64,000 nt of DNA, from NCBI RefSeq assembly GCF_009914755.1, contig NC_060927.1; one strand, written 5' to 3'. Source of the stretch: the human T2T-CHM13v2.0 reference genome, Homo sapiens. The position numbers and the translations under genes are program-made. The notes under the pieces were generated by a model. The model worked only from the letters and a program-made list of their open reading frames with translations, ran no database searches and was not told the DNA's origin. Shown here piece after piece: positions 43,415 through 56,740 of the stretch. Position 1 is the first letter of the stretch. Each line of letters opens with the position of its first letter.

Positions 43415-43584
43415 TCCCTCTCTACCTTCTTCCATGAGTAAAAGCTTCCTGAGGCCTCACCAGAAGCCAAGCAGAGGCTGGTGCCATGCTTGTACAGCCT
43501 GTAGAACCGTGAGCCAAATAAACTTTTCTTTATAAATTATTCAACCTCAGGTATTCCTTTATAGCAATGCACACTGGGCTAACA
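43415..43584 (+). mobile_element. MSTB-type LTR 3' portion
   Basis: cttcctgaggcctcaccagaagccaagcag..gagccaaataaac..ctttatagcaatgc. Confidence 0.85.
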
Positions 43585-44220
43585 TATTACCCCATAGTAG
43601 TTCAAGTCTTAAATGAGGTAAAGAATGTGATGTACCTAGTGCCAGGTTAGAAGAGTAGTAGACAATCAACAAATAGCTGTTATCAGCATGATTGTGGCTG
43701 TTGGACACAAAGTCAATTTGTACTTTTGCTGCTTGTCCTTTTCTCTTTACCTGATCCACTATCTTCTCTCAAGATCAAGTTCAAATTTGGCTTCCTTTGT
43801 TAAATTATACCCAAGCGGGATTGTGATGGATCTGTTTATTTTCCTGTGTCTTGGAACAGCAGAGTCGTCTCTGAGAGTTTGGTTTCAGGATTTGTCTCTG
43901 TTTCCCCAGCCCACTTGCACTTAGCAAGTGTTTAATAAACTATTTAGTGAAAGCCCATATGTGGGTCATGGGTAAATTCCTAGGACAGAATCTAGGAATG
44001 GTAGTCATGATCTAAGTGTAACAATATGGTTTTTTGGGGGGAAAAAAAAGGAGAGACAGTATGAGTAAGAGGATCCTTGATTTCCACTGCTGTAAAATAA
44101 GAATAGAGGTCTCATAAATACATTGAGAGGATTATGCAAGACAACATATGCCAAGTGCTCACCTTTGAGCATGGTGACCAGTAAAGCACTCCAGAAATTA
44201 TAGCTACATAGGCTTTATTA

Positions 44221-44546
<326 letters not shown>

Positions 44547-45134
44547 TTGTACCTTGGTGCTGCCACCATCACACGGGCCAACCTAAAACTCCGTTCTTAT
44601 CAAACGCAGATGAGCAGCTCCTTATTTCCTGGGGGATGAGTAAGTATTACTGAAAGCTTCAGGAAGTCAGGCAGAGTTTCATACTGGGAACATCATTCAT
44701 TTCAGTCATCCTTCACAATGGAACCATCTGATGAGGGAGGTACTAAGAGGTGGCAGGCCTAAAGTTATACAAATGCAGATCTTGGGAAACAAAGTTCTCA
44801 CAAAATTTTCTTTTCTCTACATTTCAATGAGCATGCACATGCTTTTAAGTAGGCAAAACCATCATATACCAAGGTTATTGGGCTTCTTTGTTGGTTTTCT
44901 TGCTTATGTATTTGCTTGAAGTTTCACATTACATATGTGAGTTGCCTTAAGGTTGTCATGCAAAGCAGCAAAGCCTGGATGAAACTCATCCAATCAGGAA
45001 AAAAATTGGGGCTGGCCTGAAAAAGTTTTAATATATCTATATATCTTTATAGCTATATATAGATATACATAATGGTAAGGACTAATAGCCAATTATTTAT
45101 GAAGTCTATTTGAAGAGCAATATAGTTAACACTC

Positions 45135-45620
45135 TGTGTTTCCTAAACTTGAGCCCTGAGGAAACTAAATTGTTACCATACCACATTTTCAGGCTACCTC
45201 TACTTCTTAATGTTTTTCTTTAAATCAACTTGCTTTATTTTAAGATAAATAAAATTTATCTTATTTATTTTAAAAATCTTATTTTAAAATAAATACTTAT
45301 TTGTATTTTAAAATTTCAATAGCATTATATAGCTATCGAAAATAAAAAGCAGTATCACCTATACAGAGAACATACCTGAGAATAAATAGAAACAAAGCTA
45401 TATTGTTTAACTAGCAGAATTTAATGAATCTCACCGTCTCTGTTATATGAAGATTGGAAAATATTCACAAAAGGATAAAGTATGACCGTGAACTAAGATC
45501 ATTCTTAGTGGAGTCTGAAAGGCTGAAAAGAACTGAAAAGAAAATGCCTCTTTTGGCATGGAACTCTCTAAATCCACAGGATTACCAGTACTGGGAACCC
45601 CGCTCTTTGGGGAATGTTGG
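45135..45620. mobile_element. hAT-Charlie element (MER113-like)
   Basis: tgtgtttcctaaac... / ...ctttggggaatgttg termini; internal similarity to 24415-24900. Confidence 0.45.
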
Positions 45621-46877
45621 TTCAGGAGAAAGAAGAGACAAAATAACTGGATACCTACACCAGCTCCACCATTGCTAAGTCACAGATCTACCTCACTCAG
45701 ATACTTCCTCCCTCTAGGCCTTAGTTTCCTTATGTATAAAATAAAGTACATGGAATTATTAAGACTATTTTCCATTGCGCACAAGTAAAAACGTGTCTCA
45801 CCACATTTGTGATCTCCAAGGAAGATAAATAAGTTGAAATATGGCACAGCCCAAGAAAAAATTTAGCTCCCATATGGATTGAACATAAACATCAGTAAGA
45901 ATAGAAAATATAATGCCATCTTTTAAGTGTTCCATCCCATCCCTTCTGTAAGCACTTGTGGGCCTGCCTGGCTCTAAGAGGAGCAAGCTCCAGACTACAT
46001 ATAGGAAGGTAGTAAGGACTCTATGCCATTCAATTGCCTCTGCTTAAGAATAGGCTTGACCCTGCTAGGAAAACAGACCTATCTTGTATACATTGGACTA
46101 AATTGCAGGAAAAAAGTCTAAATTTACATTTTACCAACAATAATCCAACTCAGATTTAAAATCCCAAAGGCGGCTCCCGAGAAAATGCATTTGTTAGACT
46201 TAAGGCTCCAATGATATAAAATAGCAGTTGATGTTCATTTAGTCCTATGTCACAAGGGCCATTAAAAATGGTGTTTTCAATAGGGTTAGCATACAATTTC
46301 TCCCTGACCACAAATGCCAGCATAAACTAGTGGCCCCACATCAGTCTGGCAGTCTTCTATAAAGCACAATTGTTTGAAGGAATGTTTGCCACAGAGGCAA
46401 GGTGGTCATAAATATGCTGATAGCACACACTCCCTCCTCAAGGTGGGCCCAGTCTCAGGGCTTCCTCAAAGTAACGGCACACTCGGGACAGGGTACAAAG
46501 CAGGGTTATATTTATGAAGGTGATGGGAGGAATCCACAGCTTTTTAAAATTTTTATTTTTTTTATTTTTTGAGGTCGAAGCTTTATCTTTTATCAAGCCT
46601 TCCGGGAACTGAAATGGGGAATGGAGATCCTGTTTATAAAAGAAGATGAAACAGTCACTTAGTCTTTGATATAAATCAGAAAGTGAAACGTAGGATAGCT
46701 CTGGCCTCCTGAAAGAGAACGAACAAGTGAACTTTTGCCTTTTTAACACAGGATAGGCCAACCCCAAACAAAATAGTATTTATCTTTCTATTCCCAAAAA
46801 AACCTTTTCAGTGACAATCTGTTCATGACCCTTTGTGAACAGGTAGAGAGAAACTAGCAACTCAGAGGTAAAGGTGA

Positions 46878-47177
<300 letters not shown>

Positions 47178-47494
47178 TGGAATTTTAAATATGAGAAAGG
47201 AAGAACTTCTAGAGGATACTTGAATTTAGCCACCAATGCTTCCTTTCCCATTAAGAATCTTATAACTTCCCTCCTCGATCAATAAAGTTCTGCTCCTGTC
47301 AATAGAGCACTTTCCACCTCCCACCCACAACTAAAGCTTTCCTCATTGGTGAAAGGAATCTACATGTGTCCTCCTGAGCTGGCCGATTATTTTCTGCTAC
47401 TTTCCAATGATAGTGATTGGTTCAAGGTCTGGACAGCAGAGCCAACAATGTTATTCTATGAGTTTAATAAAGAAAGGTTTGAAAAAAGAAGTTG

Positions 47495-47700
47495 TCTCTG
47501 TCAGTCAACTTAGGCTTAGTTATGCTGCTGTAACAAACTACCAAATCCCAATGGCTTTCAACAGTCAAGATTTCTTTCTTGATCCAAATATGATATCAAT
47601 GAAGTAAAAAATTATAATTCTTCCACAGAAAAAGGTACCACAAGTCAAATGGCCAAACTTGATCTTAATGGATTAGAAAAATGTATAATCTTCTCAGAGT
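47495..47700 (-). mobile_element. MLT1 (K/L-like) LTR fragment
   Basis: gttatgctgctgtaacaaactaccaaatcccaatggctt. Confidence 0.65.
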
Positions 47701-47829
47701 TAATATCTTGTACAAGCATTACAGGTACTCCATTAAAGTCTGATGGGGATGATACACTTTGAGAATGTAAATACAGAACTATTGACAGACACATTACCCA
47801 CCAAGAGAGAAACTATAAAATATGGCTTT

Positions 47830-48360
47830 AACGGAGCAGTCAGTCATAAAATACTGCACCCACACATCCCCAAGGAAGACATGTGATCCAGGTAGAGCTA
47901 CTTGATGTTGGCCATCTCCTGGTAGCAGTGATTGAACTAGATGGGCATATAACTCAAGTAGGATCCATCAGAGTGCTTGCCTGGGATTGAAATGCAGTTT
48001 ACAGAGAAAAGAGTGAAAGAGGTACTCTTTTCTATAGCGTTTCTAAGCTGGGAAATTTGAGTTCCAGGATGGTAGATGTGATCTAATGTTTCATGTGAAG
48101 GAAGCCTGTCTTTAGAATGAAGCCAGGTAGGAACAAATAGAGATGAGAGTGAGAGAGAAAAGAGGAAGTGTTTGGGGGGTGGGGGGCAGATAAGAACTAT
48201 CCTAGAGATCCTGAATCCCAGCTCCAGTTCCAAAGGTTGCTTACTAAACTTCATCCTCAGATTCTATGAGATATCTTAGTATCTTTTCCAACCTATATAA
48301 TAAATTCTCTTTGTTCTGTTTTTGCTTTTTAAGCTGGTTGAATTGAGTGTTGTAACTAAT
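47830..48360 (+). mobile_element. Ancient MaLR/ERVL LTR
   Basis: gggcatataactcaagtaggatccatcagag; taataaattctctttg..aagctggttgaattgag 3' end. Confidence 0.55.
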
Positions 48361-48404
48361 ATGAAAGTTAGCTCCAGAAGAAGCTAAATAGTTGATATAG
48401 AATG

Positions 48405-48912
48405 AACTCTATAGCCTGACACACAAAGGTCCCTTCTGAACTGAACCTACTGCCTTGCCAGACTCATTTCCTGACACCCTAGCCCACTGCACACCAGCCA
48501 CATGGAAGTGCTGGCCCTTCCCCGAAACATTCTTTTTCTCAACATTGGGCAGGCATCTGTATATACTATTTCCAATCTCTTGGGACCCTCTCTTCTACTC
48601 TCTGAGAGAGCCATAGTATGTACCAAAGCCCATCCTTGCTTAGCTTCTGTTGAACATTGGCACCTGGGTTTTTTGCAGCTTAGATATAACTTCCAGCAGA
48701 ATCAGAAAATCTTTCCCACAACTCAAAACCTGCACAAACTTTATCTCCTGCATAGCTCTATGCCATCAAACTTATTCTAGGCTTTAACACACATCACAGT
48801 GATACAAAATTACTTATTCACTCTATCAGTACACACAAACTTATGTTCATTTGTATATGTCTAATGGTGATTCCTGGCAAAATATCTCAAATATTTGTTG
48901 AATAAATGGATG
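48405..48912 (+). mobile_element. L2 3' region
   Basis: Terminal ctcaaatatttgttgaataaatgga. Confidence 0.65.
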
Positions 48913-49149
48913 TCAAATACCAGTAGCTAGAAAGGGACATATTTGAGTCTAGAACTGGTGAGTTCTAAGAAGTTAGCATTTTACCTACACTATTCATGCA
49001 TTTAGAAATGCCCCCAAAGTATATTAGGTACCATAAAACTCAACATCACTGAATTTCTTCCTTTTCCCTTGACTAGTTTTTTGATTTTGGAAAGAGGTCC
49101 TGAAGATGGAGGAAGGTCTGAGAATAGGTGAACAGCATGCTGAAACTAC

Positions 49150-49640
49150 TCCCTTGTGGCAGGTAGGCACCTATGGCTCCCACTCTAGTCAGAAACACCT
49201 TCCTGAACAGAGAGGACTGCATTTCCCAGTCTCCCCTGCAGAGAGTTATATGGGTAGCCAATGGGCCACAAGACAGACACACACCTCCAGGATACTTGGA
49301 AGTTCAGTATGAGCCTTACAGGGAGGTGTCCGCAAAGAGAGAGTAGAGCTTTGGCCAAGCATGATGAGAAAGATGGAGAGCTCTTCCAGGGGCAGTTCAG
49401 GAAGAAGTCTCAACATCACTGGTACCAAGTGACATGAATGTCAGGAGTGGGGTTTCATTCAGAACATTTCATACGATGGTTGGGCATTTCTCTTGACCAC
49501 ATGTTCTTGGTTACATAGATCTCAGCTTGATTCCTGGTCCTCCAGAAAATTTGGTAAGCTACCTAATTCTCTGTGGTAATTTTCTTTCTGCTCAATCAGC
49601 ATAAGTAGATTTTATGATCTGCAAGAACTTGGACTTCCTA
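49150..49640 (+). mobile_element. LTR16-like ERVL LTR
   Basis: ctgcatttcccagtctcccctgcag; ttctttctgctcaatcagc..tgcaagaac end. Confidence 0.45.
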
Positions 49641-50799
49641 ATTACTTTTCACAAAATGATCTTAGCCTTATCACCCACAGAGTCAATCTGTGAGGTATCA
49701 GTATCTTCTCTGAAATAATCATGTTTCTGGGGGTAGGAAGGTCAGTTTGGGGAAGTGCACCAATCCCCAGTGATTAATGTCAAGTAGAAAAACTATGTTA
49801 ATAAGATGCTACAATACAGATCCCCAACGCCAGTTCAACATCAACAAAGAGAGTCATAAAAATCTGTTATTTCTGGTATATATTTTACTCATGAAAAGAT
49901 TTTCCCCCTAAATTATTATAAAGAATGCTTCCTGTTTTATTTATTTTTTGAAGGAATTATTTTGAAATCAACATTAGTGAGTAAATAAACAGATGGGGAC
50001 ATTTATACTATGAGGGGTGAAGCATTAAATTACATCTGAGTTAACATGAATGGATAGAGAATGTCAACATTCTTTATTCAGAGCTTGCAGGCATTCATTT
50101 CACTTCCCAGGGAATGCAGGCAAATGCATATTTATGTCTTCTTTGAGCAGTCTAGATTGTTTAAATTTGTCTAATTTGGGGCTTCCTTTTACCTCTGAAC
50201 ATATGCTATTTATCTTAGGACCCTGACAGCAGCCCTTTGTTTAAGAATTAATGCCTAAATAGCAGTCTTTACGTAGCTTCAAATTAAAAATATGCACTTA
50301 TCTACTTAATTTAGTTTTATGCTTCAGTGAATTTCAAATACATCCTGTCTTGTTTATTACATCATTGCAGGAGGATTTTTTAAGCCTAAGTGTTTTAATG
50401 TTAGATATTTAATCAACTCTCATCTGACTTTTATTCTAACTGAGAAGGACTGAGGAGGGGGGACCGATCAAGAAAGTGAGCTTGGTTTGGCTATTTGGAA
50501 ATAAATATTTAAATTTAGTGTAACTAATGACTATCTAGGATTCCTAGGCTCTTGTCACATAATGCAAGGGTTTATATATGCCTATTTTCCGTAGTTCACG
50601 GCATCACGGGAAGAATTGTAAGAGGTGGAGTGCCTTAGGTATCAGCTAGACTGGCCTCTTTTTATAGATTAGTGTCTTCAATACCAGAGGACAGGGAAAC
50701 AGTTCATCTCACTAAAGTCACTCCGTAGGCAGGTACCATGTTCTTTTTGCCCTGTGTGATGACTTCTGAGGACAGATGCACTTTCCACATCTTTCTGTC

Positions 50800-51120
50800 T
50801 CCAAAATCTGCATTCTTTTCCTTCCAAAATCATGACCACCACCCCTCTGTTCTCATATCCCTTCCTATTTCTTCTCAAATTCTGCATAAAAGAATGAGGA
50901 AGCTACTAACCTCACCCATCTGGAACTGGGCATCATTAACAGACCATTGCTCAGGTTTGGGGCCTGGTTTGTCCCCCAAGGGCAGGAATTTTTATCAGTT
51001 TTTTTTTCTCTGCCATATTCCCAGCACCTAGAAGTGTGTTCATTACCTAGTAGATACTGAATGACTGAATTATTAAATGAATAAATTAGTGAGCGAATAA
51101 ATTTTAAAAATGAATGAAGT
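50800..51120 (+). mobile_element. L2 3' end with (TGAA)n tail
   Basis: atattcccagcacctaga..tagtagatact..gaatgaatga. Confidence 0.65.
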
Positions 51121-51121
51121 C

Positions 51122-51477
51122 ATTCATGTATTTAAGCCCCAATCCCCAATGTGACTGTATTTGGAGACAGGAACTTGAAGGAGGTGATTCAGGCTAAACA
51201 GTTCATCAGGGTGGGGGCCTAATCCAACAGGGACTGCTGTCCTTATAAGAAGAATAAGAAGATACCAGGAGTATGTGCACATAGAGGAAAGGCCTTGTGA
51301 AGACACAGCAAGAAGAGAGCCATTTACAAGCCAGGAGAAAGAAAACCATCATCAGAAACCAACCATGCCAACATGGTGACCTTGGACTTCCTGCCCCGAG
51401 AACTGTAAGAAAATAAATTTCCATTATTTGTGATAGTCTGTGGTATTCTGTTATGGCAGCCTGAGCAGACTAACACA
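51122..51477 (+). mobile_element. MLT1A-type LTR
   Basis: ccccaatgtgactgtatttggagacagg..gggcctaatccaa..aataaatttc..gttatggcagcctgagcagactaacaca. Confidence 0.9.
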
Positions 51478-51479
51478 AA

Positions 51480-51890
51480 GGCCTCTCATGTCTCTTATGC
51501 TAACATCCAAACTCCTTAATTTGACACACAAGGCCCTACATAGTCTGACCCTCCATCTCCTGTAAGACCTCATAAAATAATCCCCCTCACTCTCACCTAC
51601 CAGAAACACTCATGCTCTTCCATTCTCTTGTGAGCTCCTGATTTTGCTGTCTGGGTCAAATTCCCCCATTACAGGTCTTCAGCACTAGATATTCATCCCT
51701 TTCTATTGAACAGGATGATAAATGGATTAATGCTCATTTCACCCACTGTTGTGCAAGCTGTAAGAGAAGAGGCATGCATTGCCTTCTGCTATTACTTTAT
51801 CTCACACCTATCCAGTACTGGACATGACATTTCTACTCAAATATTTGCAGGATGAATAAATAAATAAGTATATTGAGTTAGTTGAATCAA
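51480..51890 (+). mobile_element. L2 3' region
   Basis: atccaaactcctta..caaggccctaca; ctcaaatatttgcaggatgaataaat. Confidence 0.6.
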
Positions 51891-51929
51891 AGAAGAACAG
51901 TTGACTAATTACAGCATAGGATTAGGAAT

Positions 51930-52830
51930 ATAAATTGTCATGCTAAAGAATATTGACAAAAATTCAGAAGTCTGGCAAAACTAAGTGTCACAGAGAATAA
52001 AGATACATAGGATACACTCACATTCCTGGCAAGTGTATCAGCTGATACAACCACTTTGTAATTGCCTCAGTTTTATTCTTTAAAGTAGTGTTTCTGAGCC
52101 AGATGTGATTTGTGTACCCCCTGCCTCAGGATATTTGGCAATGTCTGGAGTCATTTCTGGTTGTCACAACTCGGAGGTGGTACTATCAGCACCAAGTGTA
52201 TAGAGACCAGCCATTCAGCTAAACACCCTATGCTGCACACAACAGCCCCCGGGACAAAGAATTATCTGCCCCAAATTTCAGCAGTGCCAAGTTTGAGAAA
52301 CCTTGTACTAAACTAGACTAGTTATATATCTTATGGCTTGGCAATTGCATGCCTAAGTAAGTACCCAGCACATGCTTGCACATTTACAAGAGGAGACACT
52401 ACAAATGTTTATACAAGCACTGCTTACAAGAGAAAAGGCTAGAAATAAGTCAAACACCTCTCAATGGCAGACTAAATTGTGATGTATTCACCCAATAGAA
52501 TATTATGTAGCAGTCAAAACAAATGAATCAGTGATATACAATAAGCTGGATGAATCTTAGCTACATAATATTAACTGAATAAAGTTATATACCTTGTTTA
52601 ATAAAGTTAAAAGCAATTACAATAAAAGAATACTTTATAATAGTGCATATAGAATCATTAAAGCTATTAAAAATAAGGCAAACAATTGACAAGCATAAGA
52701 TTCGGGATAGCGACTTTTTAGGTTGGGAATAATAGAAGGATGTAGTGGGGTAAGAGACTGAGGTTAATGTAGGTTACTGTGTTAGCTTTTGTTTAGGGTG
52801 GTGAGTTTGTAGGTGCTTAATCATTTTTAA
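51930..52830 (+). mobile_element. L1ME ORF2 end and 3'UTR, split by MER20
   Basis: gatacaaccactttg, gaatattatgtagcagt, ggatgaatctt. Confidence 0.65.
52086..52305. mobile_element. MER20 hAT-Charlie MITE
   Basis: atttggcaatgtctggag..ttggttgtcacaact..caaagaattatctgccccaaa..ttgagaaacc. Confidence 0.9.
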
Positions 52831-54248
52831 AAAGCAATAAATGAGTAGATAAATGAATGAATGCAGGCCGTGTATAGACCTAATGATACAAGTGTGTTGT
52901 GAGCCAATTTTTAAGATTAAACAAATTACAGGCAACTGCGGACCAATTTAAAAGCAAAAAGTTTTTTCACATAGATGGCAGTTTTCATAGAATGGTATGA
53001 AAGACTGCCTTGCTATGAAAAGGACTTTGTTTTAAATTGGTCCTCCACCTGTGATGTCATTTGAAAAAGAACACCTGCTTCTAAGAGAAAACTTTGAAAA
53101 CCCTAAATGAGCAGTTATTAAATGTTTTAAGAGGGATGTTGCAATATCATAAGATCTATGACATGAAAATGGAATGAGATACTGCATAAAGGAAACCCTT
53201 CTCAGGAATGTCCGCATATCAAAGAAGAGAGCAACATTAGATTCCCAAGAAATGACTCATGCATGGTATAAACCCAAAAGCCAATATCAAGAAGGAAAAG
53301 GGAAGAAGATACTATAAGGTTCTTCTACCCCAATCATAGCATGGAAGTAAAAAAGAGATGGAAAGAGCCAGATGTATATATACAGTCAAATCTGCCACAG
53401 TGCAGTGCTTCAAAATACTGACATACAAATGCACTAGAAGCCAGCTAGCCTGCCTACCTTTCTGTCTTTTCTTTAGAAAGTTATTAGGATCAAAGCCTGT
53501 GCGAAGGAAGTGAGAAAGGTGGTGCTCCAGAAGATTTGGAAGACTGGCTCCAAAAAGGAAGACTAAGTTAAGAAAATAGAGGAGAGGATCAAAGCAGCCA
53601 GGTTTCTCACTGTTGAAGAAGGGAGTTACAAACAGAGAAAAAACTAGAATGAACACTGTGTTGTTAGATTGGAACTGAATAATATTAACTCGTGGTTTGA
53701 TAGATTAGAAAGATAGGGAAATATGGACGTTAATGTGGGTATTCACACACATATCCACGTACAAATTCTGTCCACCAGGAGAACCCGATAGCAATAAGCA
53801 TACCTTACACTTATATCTTGGTTTATTAAAACAATTATTTGCTAAAAAGAACCAGCATTTCTTAGATAGAGTTAATTCTAGACCTGGGACAGGAAAAGTA
53901 CACAAAGAATCTGAAACGTCTTGCTATGACAGAGTGTAAGGATGTGTTCAAAGAATGGTGGAGTCATGTCAGGCACTGCATCTAACAAAGTGATGCCCAT
54001 TGACCAAATCTGGGACAATCTGAGCATCAAAGTAAATTATAGTAATGGTTTATAATCAACTGAAAATAAAATTGGAATCCATGAGTCTATATGGATATAA
54101 GAAAGTTAATACATTAAAAAACTAAGGGAAAAAACCAACTACCTCAGAGTTGAATTCTAACTAATGTAGAAATGAATGCCAGTGGTAGTTGGTAAAAGGT
54201 TGATGGGTAACAGGGTATTTACATAGTCTCAATATATTTTCCCAAACA

Positions 54249-54803
54249 CAGTCAGTTCTCTGGATCCCTAGGTTCCACGTTTGTGTATTCGACCGACCAC
54301 AAGTTGAAAATATTCAGGAAAAAAATGGAGGGTTGCATTTGTACTAAACACATACAAACTTTTAAAATATTGTCATTATTCCCTAAGCAATACAATATGA
54401 TTATTTTATATAGCCTTGACATATTAGCTATTATAAGTAATCTAAATATGATTTAAAGTATATAGGAAGATATGTACAGCTTATAAGCCAGGAGTGTCCA
54501 AACTTTGGATTTCCCTGGGCCATATTGGAAGAATAATTGTCTTGGGCCACACATAAAATATATTAACACTAATGATAACTGATGAGCTAAAAAATTTCAA
54601 AAAATTGCAAACAAATTCAATGTTTTAAGAAAGTGTATGAATTTTTGTTGGGATGCATTCAAAGCCATCCTGGGCCACCGGTTGGACAAGCTTCTTATGA
54701 GCAAACACTCCACTATTTTATGTTAGGGAATTGAGTATCAGTGGATTTTGGTATTCACAGGTGGTCCTGGAGCCAGTCACCCAAGGTTGCTGAAGAATGA
54801 TTG
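54249..54803. mobile_element. MER2 (TcMar-Tigger) MITE
   Basis: cagtc..ttgaaaatattc..ttataagtaatcta..gatttaaagtata..ggattttggtattc..ggtcctgga; ends tg|TA. Confidence 0.85.
54489..54694. mobile_element. MER30 hAT-Charlie MITE nested in MER2
   Basis: caggagtgtccaa...ttggacaagct; 8-bp TSD ttataagc / ttatgagc. Confidence 0.9.
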
Positions 54804-55573
54804 TATTTATTAAATACGCAAGGGAAAAAACATTATAGTAAAGAAACCTGGCAAACACTACCTTAAGTGATTAGAGTGAATATCATTATTGATGAGTCAC
54901 ATTGAAATCATGCACTCCCTGATAAGATGCAAGAAGAATGTGGAGTCATTTGTGTGATATTCCTGCCAAACAGGCATAGCCTGAATTCAATCATGAAATA
55001 AACATCAGATAAACTTGAAGGACTTTCTTTAAAAAATAACTCTCCTACACTCTTCAAAAAGTTTCAAGGAAAGACTAGGAACTATTCCAAATTGAAAGAG
55101 CCTAAAATAATATGAAACTGTGGGCCAAATGTGACTCTTATTTATTCCTTTGGCTATAAAAGACATTGCTGGGATATTTGGCAAAACTTGAATGGCTGTT
55201 AGTAATGTAGTAATGTTAATTTCTTGATTTTGATGGTAATTCTATGATTATTCTATAAACAAAGAGAATGTTCATGGAGAATATAGGCTGAAATATTCAA
55301 CATATTCCAGGAAACATCACATGTAGCTTATTCTCAGATGGTTCAAAAAATGTGGTTTTCTTTTCATTTTTCTCTTAAATTGCACTTATTTCAAAAAATA
55401 AAGATTCATAAATCCTATCACTTTTGTAGAAATAAATCACATGGAACTTGAAAGAAAACAATGTTTAAGCAGTAAATTTGTGATATGTGGGTATTTAAGA
55501 ACAGGGTACTTGTTATGAAGATGCATGGGGTGGTGGGTGAACAAATGACAAAAAATAGATTGTTTAAGAAGTC

Positions 55574-55938
55574 TGTATTAGTCTGTTTTCACACTGCTAT
55601 AAGTGACCTGAGACTGGGTCATTTATAAAGAAAAGAGATTTAATTGACTCACAGTTCCGCTTGGCTAGAGGGACTTCCTGAAACTTACAATCATGGCAGA
55701 AGGCAAAGGAGAAGCAAGCATCTTCTTACATGGTGGCAGGAGAGAGAGAAAGCAAGCGGGGAAGTGCCACACTTTGAAACTATCAGATCTCATGAGAAGT
55801 CATTCACTGTCATGATAACAGCACGAGGCAAATCCACCCCCATCATCTAATCACCTCCCACCAGGTCCCTCCCTCAACATGTGGGGGATTACAATTTGAG
55901 ATGAGATTTGGGTGGAAACATAGAACCAAACCACATCA
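55574..55938 (-). mobile_element. MSTA/THE1D-type solo LTR
   Basis: Reverse termini tgtattagtc..aaaccacatca; TSD AAGTC (55569-55573 / 55939-55943). Confidence 0.92.
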
Positions 55939-56395
55939 AAGTCTCTTCACAAAATAGCAACAGGAAATTGTGTGGAGCCTGGGTATAGGGAGGAAGTTAT
56001 TGAATCATGCCTTTCATCCTGTTTTAAGCTGATAGAGGGAGATGTCATTTAATTGCCTTGGGTTTATTTACACAAGAAAATGAAAGTGCCAATAGTAACC
56101 TGTGAAAAATGCCAGAACTCAGGGTTGGTTATATATGACTAGTTGAGGGGTTTTCTAATCACAAATGTCTAAGTCTAATGCTCAAACACAGCAAGATAAT
56201 TTATCAGTTATTCAGAAAGAGTATGGAAAAATAGTGGTGAAATAGACAAACAGCCCATTTTTATTTTTACATCTAATTGTTCTCCCTTCATGGAGTTTAC
56301 CTTAAAATAATTTGTTAATAATGCTGAGAGCTGTTATTTCTATCTGTAAACAGCTTACTAGGGATAGGTCATTTCTATGAAGTTTGGAAAGGAAG

Positions 56396-56718
<323 letters not shown>

Positions 56719-56740
56719 TTGGGAAGGAGAAAGATGAGGT

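Larger units (their letters stand above)
53520..55400 (+). mobile_element. L1MC-type 3' end (L1MC3/4-like) interrupted by MER2/MER30
   Basis: aagcagccaggtttctcactgttg, gaccaaatctgggacaatctgagcatcaaa, aagaaacctggcaaacactacctta. Confidence 0.8.
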
